64,000 nucleotides of DNA from an uncultured Clostridia bacterium (GCA_947632475.1 CANRPI010000001.1:17863-81862); one strand, 5' to 3'; counted from the first letter of the stretch, positions 40,701-51,067 are shown. Program-made: numbers and translations. Notes: generated from the letters alone by a model not told the origin.

Positions 40701-42095
40701 ATACGTTCACTTCTAGCTAGTATGAAAAAACGTGAAAAAGAAAAGAAACTAGAAGAAAAAACTGGAAACTATGGAGTACATAAAACAATATTTACAAAAG
40801 AAATGAGAAAAAATGGTTATACAATTTTATGCCCACAAATGGCACCGATACACTTTGAACTATTAGAAGCGGCAGTCAGAGCATCAGGATATAACCTAGT
40901 ACTATTAAGAGAATGTACTCAAAAAACAGTAGAAACAGGACTAAAATATGTAAACAATGATGCATGTTATCCATCAATACTAGTTACAGGGCAGATGATA
41001 GAAGCATTACAATCAGGAAAATATGACTTAAACAAAACAGCATTAATAATATCTCAAACTGGAGGAGGATGTAGAGCAACAAACTACATAGGATTTATTA
41101 GAAAAGCACTAAAAGATGCAGGATTTGAAAACATACCAGTAATTTCATTTAACATAGTCGGAATGGAAAAAATGCCAGGATTTAAACTTACAATTCCGTT
41201 AATAGAAAGACTATTAAAAATGGTAGTATATGCAGACCTTCTACAAAAAATGCTTACAAAAAACAGAGCATATGAAGTAAATAAAGGTGAAACACAAGCC
41301 TTATTTGATAAATGGATGGAAAAATGCAAAAAATTATTAGAAAAATCAAACAGCAAACAATTTAAGCAAAGCATATATGACATTGTAGAAGACTTTGAAA
41401 AAATCGAATTAGACACAAGCAAAGAAAAGCCAAAAGTAGGAATAGTTGGAGAAGTATTAATAAAATATCATCCATTCGGAAACAACCATGTAGCAGACCT
41501 ACTTGAAAAAGAAGGAGCAGAAGTTATACTTCCAGACTTTATGGGATTTGCAAAATTCTTATGCACACATAAAATAACATTTAACAATTTATTAAACACA
41601 AATAAAACATCCTCAAAATTAATGAAAACAGCAATAAGACTAATAGACATTTTAGAAAAAGACATGAAAATAGCATTAGCAAAATCTAAAAAAGGATACT
41701 TACCACCTTGTGATATTTGGCATTTAGAAACCCAAGTAAAAGACGTATTATCTATAGGAAATCAAACAGGAGAAGGATGGTTTTTAACAGCAGAAATGAT
41801 AGAATATATAGAAAACGGTATACCAAACATCGTATGTGTTCAACCATTTGCATGTTTACCAAACCATGTAGTTGGAAAAGGCGTTATAAAAACAATAAGA
41901 GAAAAATATCCAGAAGCAAACATATCACCAGTAGATTATGATCCAGGTGCTAGTGAAACAAACCAAGCCAATAGAATTAAATTACTAATGACAGTTGCTA
42001 AAGACAATTTAAAAGCAAAGCAAAATTCAAAAAAAGCTATAGATAAAGAAAATATAGATGAAAATAAAACAAATGAGCCATTAAGACATTCTTAA
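37767..42095 (+). CDS. Fusion protein: two BadF/BadG/BcrA/BcrD-type ATPase (activase) modules plus a 2-hydroxyacyl-CoA dehydratase-like domain
   Basis: MNDTLHVGLDVGSTTVKIIV and YIGIDAGSTTTKLVLI are acetate/sugar-kinase-fold starts. The Cys cluster is CNKCENHCKL...GNRCEKG. The C-terminal dehydratase-like part includes CYPAKLSHGH and QPFACLPNHV. Confidence 0.8.
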   Translation: MNDTLHVGLDVGSTTVKIIVMDKNKNTIYKDYQRHFSDTKNTVCNVLENLLKMYPLNNYTLALTGSGAMSAAKFLGVDFIQEVVSCKRAVEKYIPRTDVVIELGGEDAKIIYFDQSIEQRMNGTCAGGTGAFLDQMASLLHTDTAGLNEMAKSYQTIYPIASRCGVFAKTDIQPLINEGAAKEDIAASIFQAVVNQTISGLACGRPIRGNVAFLGGPLNYLSELRKRFIETLNLSDSEVIVPEEAHLLVAKGAALDSINSEIISPDVLEKKIDNLRNSQDNTTKPLDPLFKNEEEYKEFKERHNKNKVTKKDLENYEGDCYIGIDAGSTTTKLVLIDNEGNLLYSLYGSNEGNPLKSVMKMLKELYTKLPEKAILRYSGVTGYGEKLIQTALNVDLSEIETIAHYTAAKKFEPDVTSIVDIGGQDMKYIRMKNGSIDNIMLNEACSSGCGSFIETFAKSLNLQIEEFVKEAIKSKRPVDLGSRCTVFMNSKIKQAQKEGYSVGDISSGLSYSVIKNAIQKVMKVRDVETLGNHIVVQGGTFYNDAVLRAFELIVGKNVIRPDISGLMGAYGMALLSKEQYEANLDMEYKSTILKNEELDKLQIKVTHTRCNKCENHCKLTVNKFSNGQTHISGNRCEKGAGGIAKSENLPNLIQYKYQRIFDYKPLEEQYATRGTIGIPRVLNMYEDYPFWFTFLTSLGFRVIISEKSTRKTYEKGMESMPSESVCYPAKLSHGHIESLLEQGIKTIFYPCIPYSRKEYEKADNHYNCPIVISYSEVLKNNVEKLKSSDVKFINPFLPLDKKNLVKKVLELEEFKCYNFTKSELNEAVDKAEAEYQKCKADIRNKGTETVRYIEENNLKGIVLAGRPYHVDPEINHGIDTLITSLGLCVLTEDSVSDKAEAKRPLRVVDQWVYHARLYAAADFVGKHENLELVQLNSFGCGVDAVTTDQVEEILSSYDKIYTLIKIDEVNNLGAVRIRIRSLLASMKKREKEKKLEEKTGNYGVHKTIFTKEMRKNGYTILCPQMAPIHFELLEAAVRASGYNLVLLRECTQKTVETGLKYVNNDACYPSILVTGQMIEALQSGKYDLNKTALIISQTGGGCRATNYIGFIRKALKDAGFENIPVISFNIVGMEKMPGFKLTIPLIERLLKMVVYADLLQKMLTKNRAYEVNKGETQALFDKWMEKCKKLLEKSNSKQFKQSIYDIVEDFEKIELDTSKEKPKVGIVGEVLIKYHPFGNNHVADLLEKEGAEVILPDFMGFAKFLCTHKITFNNLLNTNKTSSKLMKTAIRLIDILEKDMKIALAKSKKGYLPPCDIWHLETQVKDVLSIGNQTGEGWFLTAEMIEYIENGIPNIVCVQPFACLPNHVVGKGVIKTIREKYPEANISPVDYDPGASETNQANRIKLLMTVAKDNLKAKQNSKKAIDKENIDENKTNEPLRHS

Positions 42096-42106
42096 TGGCT
42101 CATTTG
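42074..42106 (+). terminator. Hairpin overlapping the stop codon of the activase fusion gene
   Basis: tgagccattaag (42074-42085) pairs with cttaatggctca (42091-42102), followed by ttt. Confidence 0.5.
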
Positions 42107-42241
42107 CACCACTAGGACATTTCTAATTTTTATATAAGTACTAAACACTTAAATAAAAATCATATAAAATTAAATAGATAGTTCTAAAAAGGACAAACAA
42201 ATAATAAATTGATAATAAATAAAAATTAAAGGAGGAAAAAT

Positions 42242-42766
42242 ATGAAAAATAAAAAAATAATAATTATTTTTATCATTTTATTAGTAATAATAATAGTAGG
42301 TGGATATTATGCAATAAAATATGTAAAAAAGCAGAATGAAGAGACACTTGTAGAAGAATATATACCACAAGAAGAAATATCAAATGATCAATTAAGACAA
42401 ACAATTGTAAGCTTATTTTTTGTATCAAAAGATACAAATGAATTAGTACCTGAAGCTAGATTAGTAGATATAAAAGAAATAATAAATAATCCGTATGAAA
42501 AAATAGTTAATTTATTAATTGAAGGTCCTAAAAATGAAAAAAATGAAAGAATAATCCCAGAAAATACAAAATTATTAAAAAATTATATGGAAGGAGATTG
42601 TTTAATATTAGATTTTTCTGAAGATTTATTAAACTATAATAAAGAAAAAAATGGTAAAGAAAATATACAAAAAAGTTTATTGAATTCTTTAACACAATTA
42701 ACAGAAGTAAATAAAATAAAAATATTAATTAATGGAAAGGAAAATGATGAATTTAAATTTGAATAA
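42242..42766 (+). CDS. GerM-like (GerMN domain) lipoprotein or membrane protein
   Basis: N-terminal TM, then TIVSLFFVSKDTNELVPEARLVD...VNLLIEGPKNE...LDFSEDL, a pattern typical of the GerMN domain. Confidence 0.6.
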   Translation: MKNKKIIIIFIILLVIIIVGGYYAIKYVKKQNEETLVEEYIPQEEISNDQLRQTIVSLFFVSKDTNELVPEARLVDIKEIINNPYEKIVNLLIEGPKNEKNERIIPENTKLLKNYMEGDCLILDFSEDLLNYNKEKNGKENIQKSLLNSLTQLTEVNKIKILINGKENDEFKFE

Positions 42767-43190
42767 AATGTTAAATAAAAAAATAATAATAAAAAAATAA
42801 TAATAAAAAAATAATAATAATAAATAATAAAAAATAAATAATAAAAAATAAATAATAAAAATAAATAAATAATAAATAATTATTTAAAAAACTTTGAAAA
42901 TTTAAAACATTTAACAAATTTTTGAAAATTATTTAAAAAATATTCAATTTCATTTAAAGATTTAATTGTATTTTTTTTATATAATTTAAAATCAAAATTT
43001 TTTTTAGGAGGTGGATTATTTTCACCTCTATTAAAATTATTAATTGAAAAATTTTGCATAATAAAAAATAACCTCACTATAAAATAAATTAAATTTTGCA
43101 ATTTTGGAAAATTTAATATATAATATGTAAAAATTAAAAAAAAGTTATAAATTATAAATAATAAAGAGAAAAAAATAAAAAGGAGACAAA

Positions 43191-43946
43191 ATGAATTTAG
43201 AAGAAATAAAACTAGAAAAAGATGAAAGAATAGATGATTTACAATTTAAAAATTTAAAAATAATTCAAAACAAAAAAGGTTTTTGTTTTGGAATAGATAG
43301 CATATTACTTTCAGATTTTGCAAAAAAGATAAAAAAAGATGCAATAGTTTTAGATTTAGGAACAGGCACAGGAATAATTCCAATACTTTTATGTGGAAAA
43401 ACAGAATTAAAAAAAGTAATAGGAGTAGAAATACAAACAGAAGTATATAATATGGCAAAAAAAAGTATAAAATTAAATAAATTAGAAAATAAATTTGAAA
43501 TAATAAATGAAAATATATTAAATTTAAATAAAATATTTGAAAAAAATAAATTTGATGTTATAGTAACAAATCCGCCATATAAGAAAAAACAATCAGGAAT
43601 AAAAAATCTAGATGAAAGAAAAATAATTTCTAGACATGAAATAACAGCTTGTTTAGAAGACTTTATAAAAATTTCAAAAGATTTATTAAAAGACAATGGA
43701 GAATTTTATATGGTACATAGGCCTGAAAGGCTAGTAGATATTTTTAATTTAATGAGAAAATACAAAATTGAACCTAAATTATTAAAAATAATTTATTCAA
43801 ATAAAAATAAAGAACCAAATTTAATATTAATAAAAGGGATAAAAAATGCAAAACCATTTTTAAAAATAGAAAAAAATTTATATATTTATGAAGAGGATGG
43901 AAAATATACAAAAGAATTATTAGAAATTTATAATAAAGATAGATAA
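43191..43946 (+). CDS. SAM-dependent methyltransferase, YabB/TrmN6-like (tRNA adenine-N6)
   Basis: VLDLGTGTGIIP is the SAM motif and VTNPPYKK is the NPPY motif. Synteny is yabB-rsmI-abrB, as in Bacillus. Confidence 0.75.
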   Translation: MNLEEIKLEKDERIDDLQFKNLKIIQNKKGFCFGIDSILLSDFAKKIKKDAIVLDLGTGTGIIPILLCGKTELKKVIGVEIQTEVYNMAKKSIKLNKLENKFEIINENILNLNKIFEKNKFDVIVTNPPYKKKQSGIKNLDERKIISRHEITACLEDFIKISKDLLKDNGEFYMVHRPERLVDIFNLMRKYKIEPKLLKIIYSNKNKEPNLILIKGIKNAKPFLKIEKNLYIYEEDGKYTKELLEIYNKDR

Positions 43947-44089
43947 TAAAAACAAATAATAAAAAATAATAGAAAATAAATAATAAAAATAATTAATAAA
44001 AAATACAAAAAAATATAAAAATAAAAATAGATAAAAGGTAAAAAAGTAATTTCAAACAAATTTATACTTAAGAAAGGAATATAATTAAA

Positions 44090-44926
44090 ATGGAAAAAAT
44101 AGAAAAAGGAAATTTATATATAGTAGCAACTCCAATTGGAAATTTAGAAGACATTACTTTAAGAGCAATAAATACATTAAAAAATGTAGATATAATAGCA
44201 GCAGAAGATACAAGACATACATTAAAATTATTAAATCATTTAGAAATAAAAAAGACATTAATAAGTTACCATAGGCATAATGAAGAAATAAGAGTAGGTA
44301 ATTTAATAGAAAAATTAAAAGAAGGAAAAAATATCGCATTAGTATCAGATGCAGGAACACCTGGAATATGTGATCCAGGCCATATAATTATAAAAGAATG
44401 CATAAAAGAAAATATAAAAATAATACCAATTCCAGGGGCTTGTGCCATGATAAATGCATTAATAACATCAGGGTTAAATACAAATGAATTTATTTTTTTA
44501 GGATTTTTACCATTAAATAAAAAATTAAGAAAAGAAAAAATAGAAGAAATAAAAAATTCTAATAAAACCATAATATTATATGAAGCGCCACATAAATTAA
44601 AAAACACATTGCAAGAATTGCAAGAAATATTAGAACAAAGAAAAGTAGTAATAGCTAGGGAACTAACTAAAATTCATGAAGAATATATTAGAGGTACAAT
44701 AAAAGAAATAATAGAAAAGTGTGATAATCTAAAAGGCGAAATAGTAATAATAATAGAAGAAAATAAAAATTCTAAACAAGAAAATAAATTAAATAATTTA
44801 AGTTTAGAAGAACATTATAAATATTATGAAAAAAACGGATTAGATAAAAAAGAAATTATTAAAAAAATTGCTAAAGATAGAAATGTAAATAAAAATGAAA
44901 TATATATGAAATTTTATAATAAATAA
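44090..44926 (+). CDS. rsmI: 16S rRNA C1402 2'-O-methyltransferase RsmI
   Basis: GNLYIVATPIGNLEDITLRAINTLKNVDIIAAEDTR, SDAGTPGICDPG and YEAPHKL. Confidence 0.92.
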   Translation: MEKIEKGNLYIVATPIGNLEDITLRAINTLKNVDIIAAEDTRHTLKLLNHLEIKKTLISYHRHNEEIRVGNLIEKLKEGKNIALVSDAGTPGICDPGHIIIKECIKENIKIIPIPGACAMINALITSGLNTNEFIFLGFLPLNKKLRKEKIEEIKNSNKTIILYEAPHKLKNTLQELQEILEQRKVVIARELTKIHEEYIRGTIKEIIEKCDNLKGEIVIIIEENKNSKQENKLNNLSLEEHYKYYEKNGLDKKEIIKKIAKDRNVNKNEIYMKFYNK

Positions 44927-45008
44927 TAATAAAAAGAATTAATTTATTTTTAATTAATTCTTTTTATTATATATAAAAAAACAGTTATTGTGTAATATTA
45001 AATTAGTT

Positions 45009-45263
45009 TTAATTTTCATCACATAAATGACCTATCTTTTCAGCACATTCTTTACAAATTAATTTATCATTATAATCAAATAAGTCTTGTGTATTACCAC
45101 AAAAAATACAATTTGGTTCAAATTTTTTTAATACTATAGTAGAACCTTCAGTATATATTTCCACGGGATCCTTTTCCATAATATTAAATTGATTTCTTAT
45201 TTCTATTGGAATAACGACTCTACCTAGTTCATCCATTTTTCTTACAATTCCAGTTGATTTCAT
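45009..45263 (-). CDS. abrB: AbrB/SpoVT-family transition-state regulator
   Basis: MKSTGIVRKMDELGRVVIPIEIRNQFNI... is a SpoVT-AbrB swapped-hairpin domain. Confidence 0.85.
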   Translation of the reverse strand: MKSTGIVRKMDELGRVVIPIEIRNQFNIMEKDPVEIYTEGSTIVLKKFEPNCIFCGNTQDLFDYNDKLICKECAEKIGHLCDEN

Positions 45264-45391
45264 AGCTTTTCCCTCCTTAAAAAGTTATAATTTGCAATCA
45301 TTACAGTATTACTATATCATAAATAAATTTACAGGTCAATTAAAAAGTAATAAAAAGTTTCAGTTGGAATAAAATTATTTAAGGTGGTAGT

Positions 45392-45979
45392 ATGTTAAAT
45401 ATAGTTTGGCCAATTTTTATAATAATATCATTTTCATATGCAATTTTTTCAGGAAATTTAGAAAATTTAAATTCATCAATTTTTCAAAGTACACAAGATG
45501 CAATAAATTTAAGCATAAATTTACTTGGAACTATTTGTTTATGGAATGGAATTATGCAAATAGCAAATGAAACAAGTATAGTAGAAAAACTTATGAAAAT
45601 ATTAAATCCAATTATTAGAATTTTATTTCCAGAATTAAAAAATAATAATAAAATAAAAAAAGAAATATCTTTAAATATGATTGCAAATATTTTAGGACTA
45701 GGTAATGCTGCTACTCCATTAGGATTAAGGGCAATGAATTCAATGCAAGAAATAAATGAAACAAAAGATGAATTAAGTAACTCAATGGTAGTTTTTATAG
45801 TTTTAAATACAGCATCTATTCAAATAATTCCAACTACAGTTATTGCAATTAGAAATTCATTAAATTCAAATAATCCAACTGCTATAATTGTTCCAGTATG
45901 GATTGCAACAATTTGTGCAGCAATTATGGCAATAAGTTGTGCAAAAATGATAATAAAATTTCAAAAAAATAATAAATGA
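45392..45979 (+). CDS. spmA: Spore maturation protein A
   Basis: 195 aa nucleoside-recognition-type membrane protein (NMIANILGLGNAATPLGLRAM), paired with spmB. Confidence 0.8.
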   Translation: MLNIVWPIFIIISFSYAIFSGNLENLNSSIFQSTQDAINLSINLLGTICLWNGIMQIANETSIVEKLMKILNPIIRILFPELKNNNKIKKEISLNMIANILGLGNAATPLGLRAMNSMQEINETKDELSNSMVVFIVLNTASIQIIPTTVIAIRNSLNSNNPTAIIVPVWIATICAAIMAISCAKMIIKFQKNNK

Positions 45980-45993
45980 GAGGAATTATAATA

Positions 45994-46533
45994 ATGAAAA
46001 TTATTAATTTTATTTCTAATTTAGCAATGCCTATGATAATTTTATTAATAACAATTTATGGATTAAAAGAAAAGAATAAAGTATTTGATACATTTTTAGA
46101 AGGCGCAAAAGAAGGAATTAAAATAACAATTAGTATATTTCCTACTTTAGTTGGATTATTTGTAGCAATTGGAGCACTTAGAAGTTCAGGAGTATTGGAT
46201 TTGGTAATTAATTTTATTAAACCAATTTTAAGTGTAATAAATTTTCCAACTGAATTAATGCCTTTAGCAATACTTAGGCCAATATCAGGAAGTAGTTCAA
46301 TTGCAATAGCTACAGATATTATGAGAAATGTAGGAGTAGATAGTTTAATAGGAATAATGGCATCTACTATAATGGGTTCAACAGAAACTACATTATATAC
46401 TATAGCTATTTATACAAGCTGTGTAAAAATAAAAAAAACAAGAGGAGTATTATATGCAGCATTATTAGGCGATATAGTTGGAATAATTGTAAGTGTAGTA
46501 ATTTGTAGACTTATGTCAATAAATTTTTCTTGA
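45994..46533 (+). CDS. spmB: Spore maturation protein B
   Basis: ATG 45994 lies 9 nt after gagagga. LAILRPISGSSSIAIATDIM motif. Confidence 0.8.
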   Translation: MKIINFISNLAMPMIILLITIYGLKEKNKVFDTFLEGAKEGIKITISIFPTLVGLFVAIGALRSSGVLDLVINFIKPILSVINFPTELMPLAILRPISGSSSIAIATDIMRNVGVDSLIGIMASTIMGSTETTLYTIAIYTSCVKIKKTRGVLYAALLGDIVGIIVSVVICRLMSINFS

Positions 46534-46673
46534 CAAATAAAATGATATAATGTATAATAACTTAAATTATATATTAAAAAGGACGAATTTAATGTTTATA
46601 AAAATCATTTTGTTTATTTCAATATTTTTTATTGTCAGAAAAATATTAATAAAAAAAATATCTAAAAAAATTA

Positions 46674-47153
46674 TTATTTATGATAATTCTCACCATTAGA
46701 AATTTTAAAAGCTCTAAAAATCTGCTCTAATAAAAAAACTCTAATTAATTGGTGAGGAAATGTCATTTTAGAAAAACAAATTTTAAAATTGCATTTTTCT
46801 AATAAACTTTGTGTTAAACCTAAAGAGCCACCAATAATAAAAGTAATATGACTATTAGTTAGAGAAAGTTTTTCTAAACATGATGAAAATTCTTCAGATG
46901 AAAGTTGTTTTCCTTTTAAATCAAGAGCAATTACATAAGAATTTGGCTTTATATGATTTAAAATATTTAAACATTCTTTATTTTTAATTTCATTTGATAG
47001 GCTATCATTTAATTTATCTGGAATTTTTTCATCAGGTAATTCAACTATAGTTAGTTTACAATATTTTAAAAGTCGTTTAGAATATTCATCTATAGCACCT
47101 TTTAAATAAATTTCTTTAATTTTTCCTACACATAATATATTAATATTTAACAT
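46674..47153 (-). CDS. rlmH: 23S rRNA m3-pseudouridine1915 methyltransferase RlmH
   Basis: MLNINILCVGKIKEIYLKGAIDEY...FIIGGSLGL...SKMTFPHQLIRVFLLEQIFRAF. The start at 47153 lies after gagga. Confidence 0.9.
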   Translation of the reverse strand: MLNINILCVGKIKEIYLKGAIDEYSKRLLKYCKLTIVELPDEKIPDKLNDSLSNEIKNKECLNILNHIKPNSYVIALDLKGKQLSSEEFSSCLEKLSLTNSHITFIIGGSLGLTQSLLEKCNFKICFSKMTFPHQLIRVFLLEQIFRAFKISNGENYHK

Positions 47154-47211
47154 TTTTTTCCTCATATCATTTTTTATTTTTATACAAATTAATTATAAAT
47201 AGAAATAAAAA

Positions 47212-48003
47212 TTATTTAATTTCTAAAATTTTACTATGTATATCTCTTGAGGCAACATTAAGTGATATTGAATCTAAATTATTATTGCTTGAAATTAATT
47301 CATCTATTACTGTTTGATAAGCAAGTTCAGGAAAATTACTTTCCTTACTCAAATGTCCAAGCATAGCACTTTTTAATCCTGACTTTATTAAATAAGAAAT
47401 AGTTTTTCCAGCCATTTCATTAGGTAAATGACCAGTTGGACCAGCAATCCTAGATTTTAGTGTAAAAGGATATGATGAGCAACGTAAAACTTCAGGGTCA
47501 TAATTAGATTCTAACATAATAAATAAACTTTCTTCTAAACTTTTTATTATAGAATTTGTCATATGGCCAATATCAGTTGCAATACTTATTTTTTTATCAT
47601 CTTTAAAAATATTAAAACCACAAGGATTAGCTGCATCATGAGGGATTGAAAAAGGTTTTATATCAATATCTCCTATGGAAAATTTTTCACTTATTTTAAA
47701 TGTTTTAATATTTTTTTCTGATATTTTATCTCTTTGTTTTGGCATTGCATCTAGTGTTTCTTGATTTACGAAAACAGGTAAATTAAATTTTTTGGATAAA
47801 GTTCCTAAACCTTGAACATGGTCAATATGTTCATGTGTAACTAAAATTCCATCAATAGAAGCAGGATCTATATTAATATCATTTAAAGCATTTTCAATTT
47901 TTTTACAACTAACACCTGCGTCTATTAAAAGTTTAGTATCTTCTGTTTGAATAAAAAGACTGTTTCCACTACTACCACTATATAAACTACAAAAATTTAG
48001 CAT
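47212..48003 (-). CDS. MBL-fold metallo-hydrolase (YycJ/WalJ-like)
   Basis: LVTHEHIDHVQG motif. Adjacent to rlmH, as in Bacillus. Confidence 0.8.
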   Translation of the reverse strand: MLNFCSLYSGSSGNSLFIQTEDTKLLIDAGVSCKKIENALNDINIDPASIDGILVTHEHIDHVQGLGTLSKKFNLPVFVNQETLDAMPKQRDKISEKNIKTFKISEKFSIGDIDIKPFSIPHDAANPCGFNIFKDDKKISIATDIGHMTNSIIKSLEESLFIMLESNYDPEVLRCSSYPFTLKSRIAGPTGHLPNEMAGKTISYLIKSGLKSAMLGHLSKESNFPELAYQTVIDELISSNNNLDSISLNVASRDIHSKILEIK

Positions 48004-48035
48004 TTTAATTCTTCCTTCTTATGTTTTTTAAATAT

Positions 48036-49295
48036 TTATTCAGATATTCTTTTTATATTAGCTCCAATGTTTCTAAATTTTTCTTCAATATTTTCATAAC
48101 CTCTGTCAATATGTTCTATATTATAAATTTCTGTCATACCTTCTGCAACTGTTCCAGCAATTACTAGTGCTGCACCAGCTCTTAGATCACTTGAACATAC
48201 AGGAGCACCATATAATTTGTCAACTCCTTCAAAAAAAGCTGTTTTTCCATGACTTGTAATTTTAGCTCCCATTTTGTTTAATTCTTCAGTATATTGAAAG
48301 CGAGAATCCCATATACTTTCATTAATTATGCTAGTACCATTGGCTAATGATAAAACAACGCCAATTTGTGGTTGTAAATCAGTAGGGAAACCTGGATATG
48401 GTAATGTTTTGATATTAGCTTTACATGGCTTTTTATCACACCAAACTCTAATTGCATCACCAAAATCTTCAACATTTCCACCAACTTCTAAAATTTTTGC
48501 AGTAGTTGATTCTAGATGTTTTGTTATACAATTTTTTATTAATAAATCGCCTTTAGTCGCAACTGCCGCAAGCATAAATGTACCAGCTTCTATTTGATCT
48601 GGAACAACTGAATATGTAGCATTTCCGCATAATTTCTCAACACCGTTTATTTTTATGACATCAGTTCCAGCACCTCTAATATCTGCACCCATAGTGTTTA
48701 GAAAATTAGCAACATCAACTATGTGTGGCTCTTTGGCAGCATTGTCAATAACAGTAGTACCTTTAGCTAAAACTGCTGATAACATTACATTTATAGTAGC
48801 CCCAACAGAAACTATATCCATATAAATTGAAGTGCCTTGTAACTTATTTGCCTTGGCATATATCTTTCCTTTTTCTACGGAAACATTTGCTCCTAAAAGT
48901 TCAAAACCTTTTATATGTTGATCAATTGGTCTTGCACCAAGTTTGCATCCGCCAGGCATACCAACTTCAATTTCTCCCATTCTGCCAAGCATTGCACCTA
49001 TTATATAATAAGAAGCCCTAAATTTGCTTGTTAAATCCATAGGAGCTTTTGTAGTTGTTAGATGTGATGTGTCAATGGTTATACAATTTTTATTATGCCA
49101 TGTAATTTTTGCTCCTAATTTTTCCAAAATTTCGCAAGAAATTTTAATATCACTTATATTTGGTAAATTTTCAATTGTGCATGTACCATTAATTAAAAGT
49201 GTGGCAGGTAAAATTGCTACTGCTGCATTTTTTGCTCCACTAATTTCTACTTCACCTTTTAAACGAGTAGGTCCTGTAACCACTAATTTTTCCAA
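48036..49295 (-). CDS. murA: UDP-N-acetylglucosamine 1-carboxyvinyltransferase
   Basis: LEKLVVTGPTRLKGEVEISGAKNAAVAILPA..., active-site loop GGCKLGARPIDQH. TTG 49295 lies 7 nt after gggggt; the track start is 49310. Confidence 0.93.
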   Translation of the reverse strand: MEKLVVTGPTRLKGEVEISGAKNAAVAILPATLLINGTCTIENLPNISDIKISCEILEKLGAKITWHNKNCITIDTSHLTTTKAPMDLTSKFRASYYIIGAMLGRMGEIEVGMPGGCKLGARPIDQHIKGFELLGANVSVEKGKIYAKANKLQGTSIYMDIVSVGATINVMLSAVLAKGTTVIDNAAKEPHIVDVANFLNTMGADIRGAGTDVIKINGVEKLCGNATYSVVPDQIEAGTFMLAAVATKGDLLIKNCITKHLESTTAKILEVGGNVEDFGDAIRVWCDKKPCKANIKTLPYPGFPTDLQPQIGVVLSLANGTSIINESIWDSRFQYTEELNKMGAKITSHGKTAFFEGVDKLYGAPVCSSDLRAGAALVIAGTVAEGMTEIYNIEHIDRGYENIEEKFRNIGANIKRISE

Positions 49296-49407
49296 TAAAA
49301 TTACCCCCAATAGTATATACTTTAATAATAATCTAATTAAAATAGAGTGTATATATCTAACACTCTATTACATTCTAAAATATAACATAAACTTGAAATC
49401 TTTGCAA

Positions 49408-50073
49408 CTATTTTTTTGCAGTTATTAAACCATTCTTATTAAAAAATTCGAGTAATTTAAATTTAAAGTGTATTTTTTCATCAGAATTATCAGAAATTAA
49501 AGTAAATTCTTCTTCATTTAAACTTTCTTTCAATAATTCTTTTGAATCATCAGGAACAATTCCAGAAGAAATATCTACAAAACATAGAGGAGGAAACATT
49601 ACGCACCACCAATTTTTTCCTTCAGCATTTCCTATTTCAACTCTTAAAGCATCATAATATCCAGCAGGTAAACTTATATCACCATATTGTTTTGTAGGAA
49701 ATTCAAAATTACCAATATTAATTTTAACATCATAAGAATAACCTTCATTTTTTATAGTATCTAAAGCAATTTGTTTGAAAGTTTCTTTATTTTCTTCAAC
49801 CAAAAGTATAGCATCTTGTTTTGTTTTACAATTAATACAAAGTTCATTCATAAATTCAAGTAAATTATCACGAACTTTTAATTTTAAATTTTGATCTTCT
49901 GTACTATCACTATTTGCAATAACATGTAATCTAAAGACACTATTTGCGATATCTGAAGAGATATTTTGTGCATAGGAAAAAGCGCAAATAGTTATATAAA
50001 TAAATAGTAAGAAACTTAAAATAATTACCATTTTTACCTTGGGATTTTTAAATAAATTTATATTTTTTTTCAT
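49408..50073 (-). CDS. spoIIR: Stage II sporulation protein R
   Basis: Signal anchor, then FRLHVIANSDSTEDQNLKLKVRD and WWCVMFPPLCF motifs. Confidence 0.88.
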   Translation of the reverse strand: MKKNINLFKNPKVKMVIILSFLLFIYITICAFSYAQNISSDIANSVFRLHVIANSDSTEDQNLKLKVRDNLLEFMNELCINCKTKQDAILLVEENKETFKQIALDTIKNEGYSYDVKINIGNFEFPTKQYGDISLPAGYYDALRVEIGNAEGKNWWCVMFPPLCFVDISSGIVPDDSKELLKESLNEEEFTLISDNSDEKIHFKFKLLEFFNKNGLITAKK

Positions 50074-50401
50074 ACGTTACCTCCGAAAAACTTTTTTTCT
50101 AAAATATTCTTTTAATTTAATTATTTACAATTTAGAAAAAAATATACTTCAAATGTAAAATAATTGTAATATAAAAAATTTTTTTTAAAAAGTCCAATTA
50201 ATATACTCTTAGAAATAAAAGGAAAAGAAGCTATAAATCGAATAATGTCGACGAAAATTATTTGAAATATTATTGACATATTTTAAAAACGATGGTAAAA
50301 TTTCCCAGTAAGAAAAAATAACTAAAGAAATATTTCCGTATTAATAGCTATAAATTTATGCTTATTGGCTAAAATATAATTATTTGAAAGGGCGGATTTT
50401 A

Positions 50402-50872
50402 ATGAAAAATAACCAAAACACAGAAGAAAAAACATGTGCATTTTATGCAAGTGACTATCATTTTGAAATGATAAGTTTACCATATATAGAAAAAAATTTA
50501 GAAAAAGATAACGAAATAATAGTATTAACAGAAAATAATTTACAAGATACAATAAATACATTACTATCAAAAACAAATTTAAAAGAAGAAAAAAAGCAAA
50601 AAATACAAAAAATAAATTGGAAAGTAAATGATGAAGAAAAAATTGAAAAAATAAATAATAACATAAGAAACAACAAAGATACAATTATATTTATAAAAGG
50701 AAACAAAAAATATATTAAAAATATGAATAAAAATTTAGAAAAACTAAAAAACGATAAAACAGAAATAAAAATTATAGATTGTTATAATATAGAAGAAATT
50801 TCAGAAGAAGTAAAAGATATAGCAAAAGGATACAATAAAATTTTAAAAGTAAGTGGAGAAAAAGAAATGTAA
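50402..50872 (+). CDS. Hypothetical protein
   Basis: ATG 50402 lies after aaagggcgga. 156 aa and Lys/Asn-rich. No family recognised. Confidence 0.45.
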   Translation: MKNNQNTEEKTCAFYASDYHFEMISLPYIEKNLEKDNEIIVLTENNLQDTINTLLSKTNLKEEKKQKIQKINWKVNDEEKIEKINNNIRNNKDTIIFIKGNKKYIKNMNKNLEKLKNDKTEIKIIDCYNIEEISEEVKDIAKGYNKILKVSGEKEM

Positions 50873-50888
50873 CAAAATACTAAAAAGA

Positions 50889-50930
50889 AATTGTGCCAAA
50901 AAGGAATAAACCATGGCACAATTTTTTTTA
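50889..50930 (+). terminator. Intrinsic terminator
   Basis: aattgtgcca (50889-50898) pairs with tggcacaatt (50914-50923), followed by a T-run. Confidence 0.75.
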
Positions 50931-51067
50931 TAGAGTTACAAGTAACAACTATTAATAAAGAAATAAAAAAAATCCAATAAAAAGGTTGATATTTTAAAAA
51001 AAATGGTGTATAAATAAAAGACAAGTATTATTTTATAAAATAGAACTAATAGAAGGGAAAGATACAT

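Noticed and set aside
42767-42880. Runs of (aaataat)/(aaaaaataataat)-type low-complexity sequence, also at 43947-44060 and 60430-60585.
   Set aside because: This is A-rich intergenic filler typical of the genome. There is no regular spacer-repeat structure, so it is not a CRISPR array, and there is no defined unit that would make it a minisatellite.
42880-43101. A 73-aa minus-strand ORF in the spacer before the yabB-like gene.
   Set aside because: It has a TTG start, no convincing RBS and a low-complexity Asn/Phe/Lys composition. I recognise no family, so I did not annotate it.
50384-50401. An in-frame CGG (50393-50395) in the TTG-started track ORF 50384..50872.
   Set aside because: It lies in a probable 5' extension. 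ATG 50402 follows the purine-rich aaagggcgga and is the more likely start, so this CGG is probably untranslated. I flag it because it is the one ambiguous case for the CGG rule.
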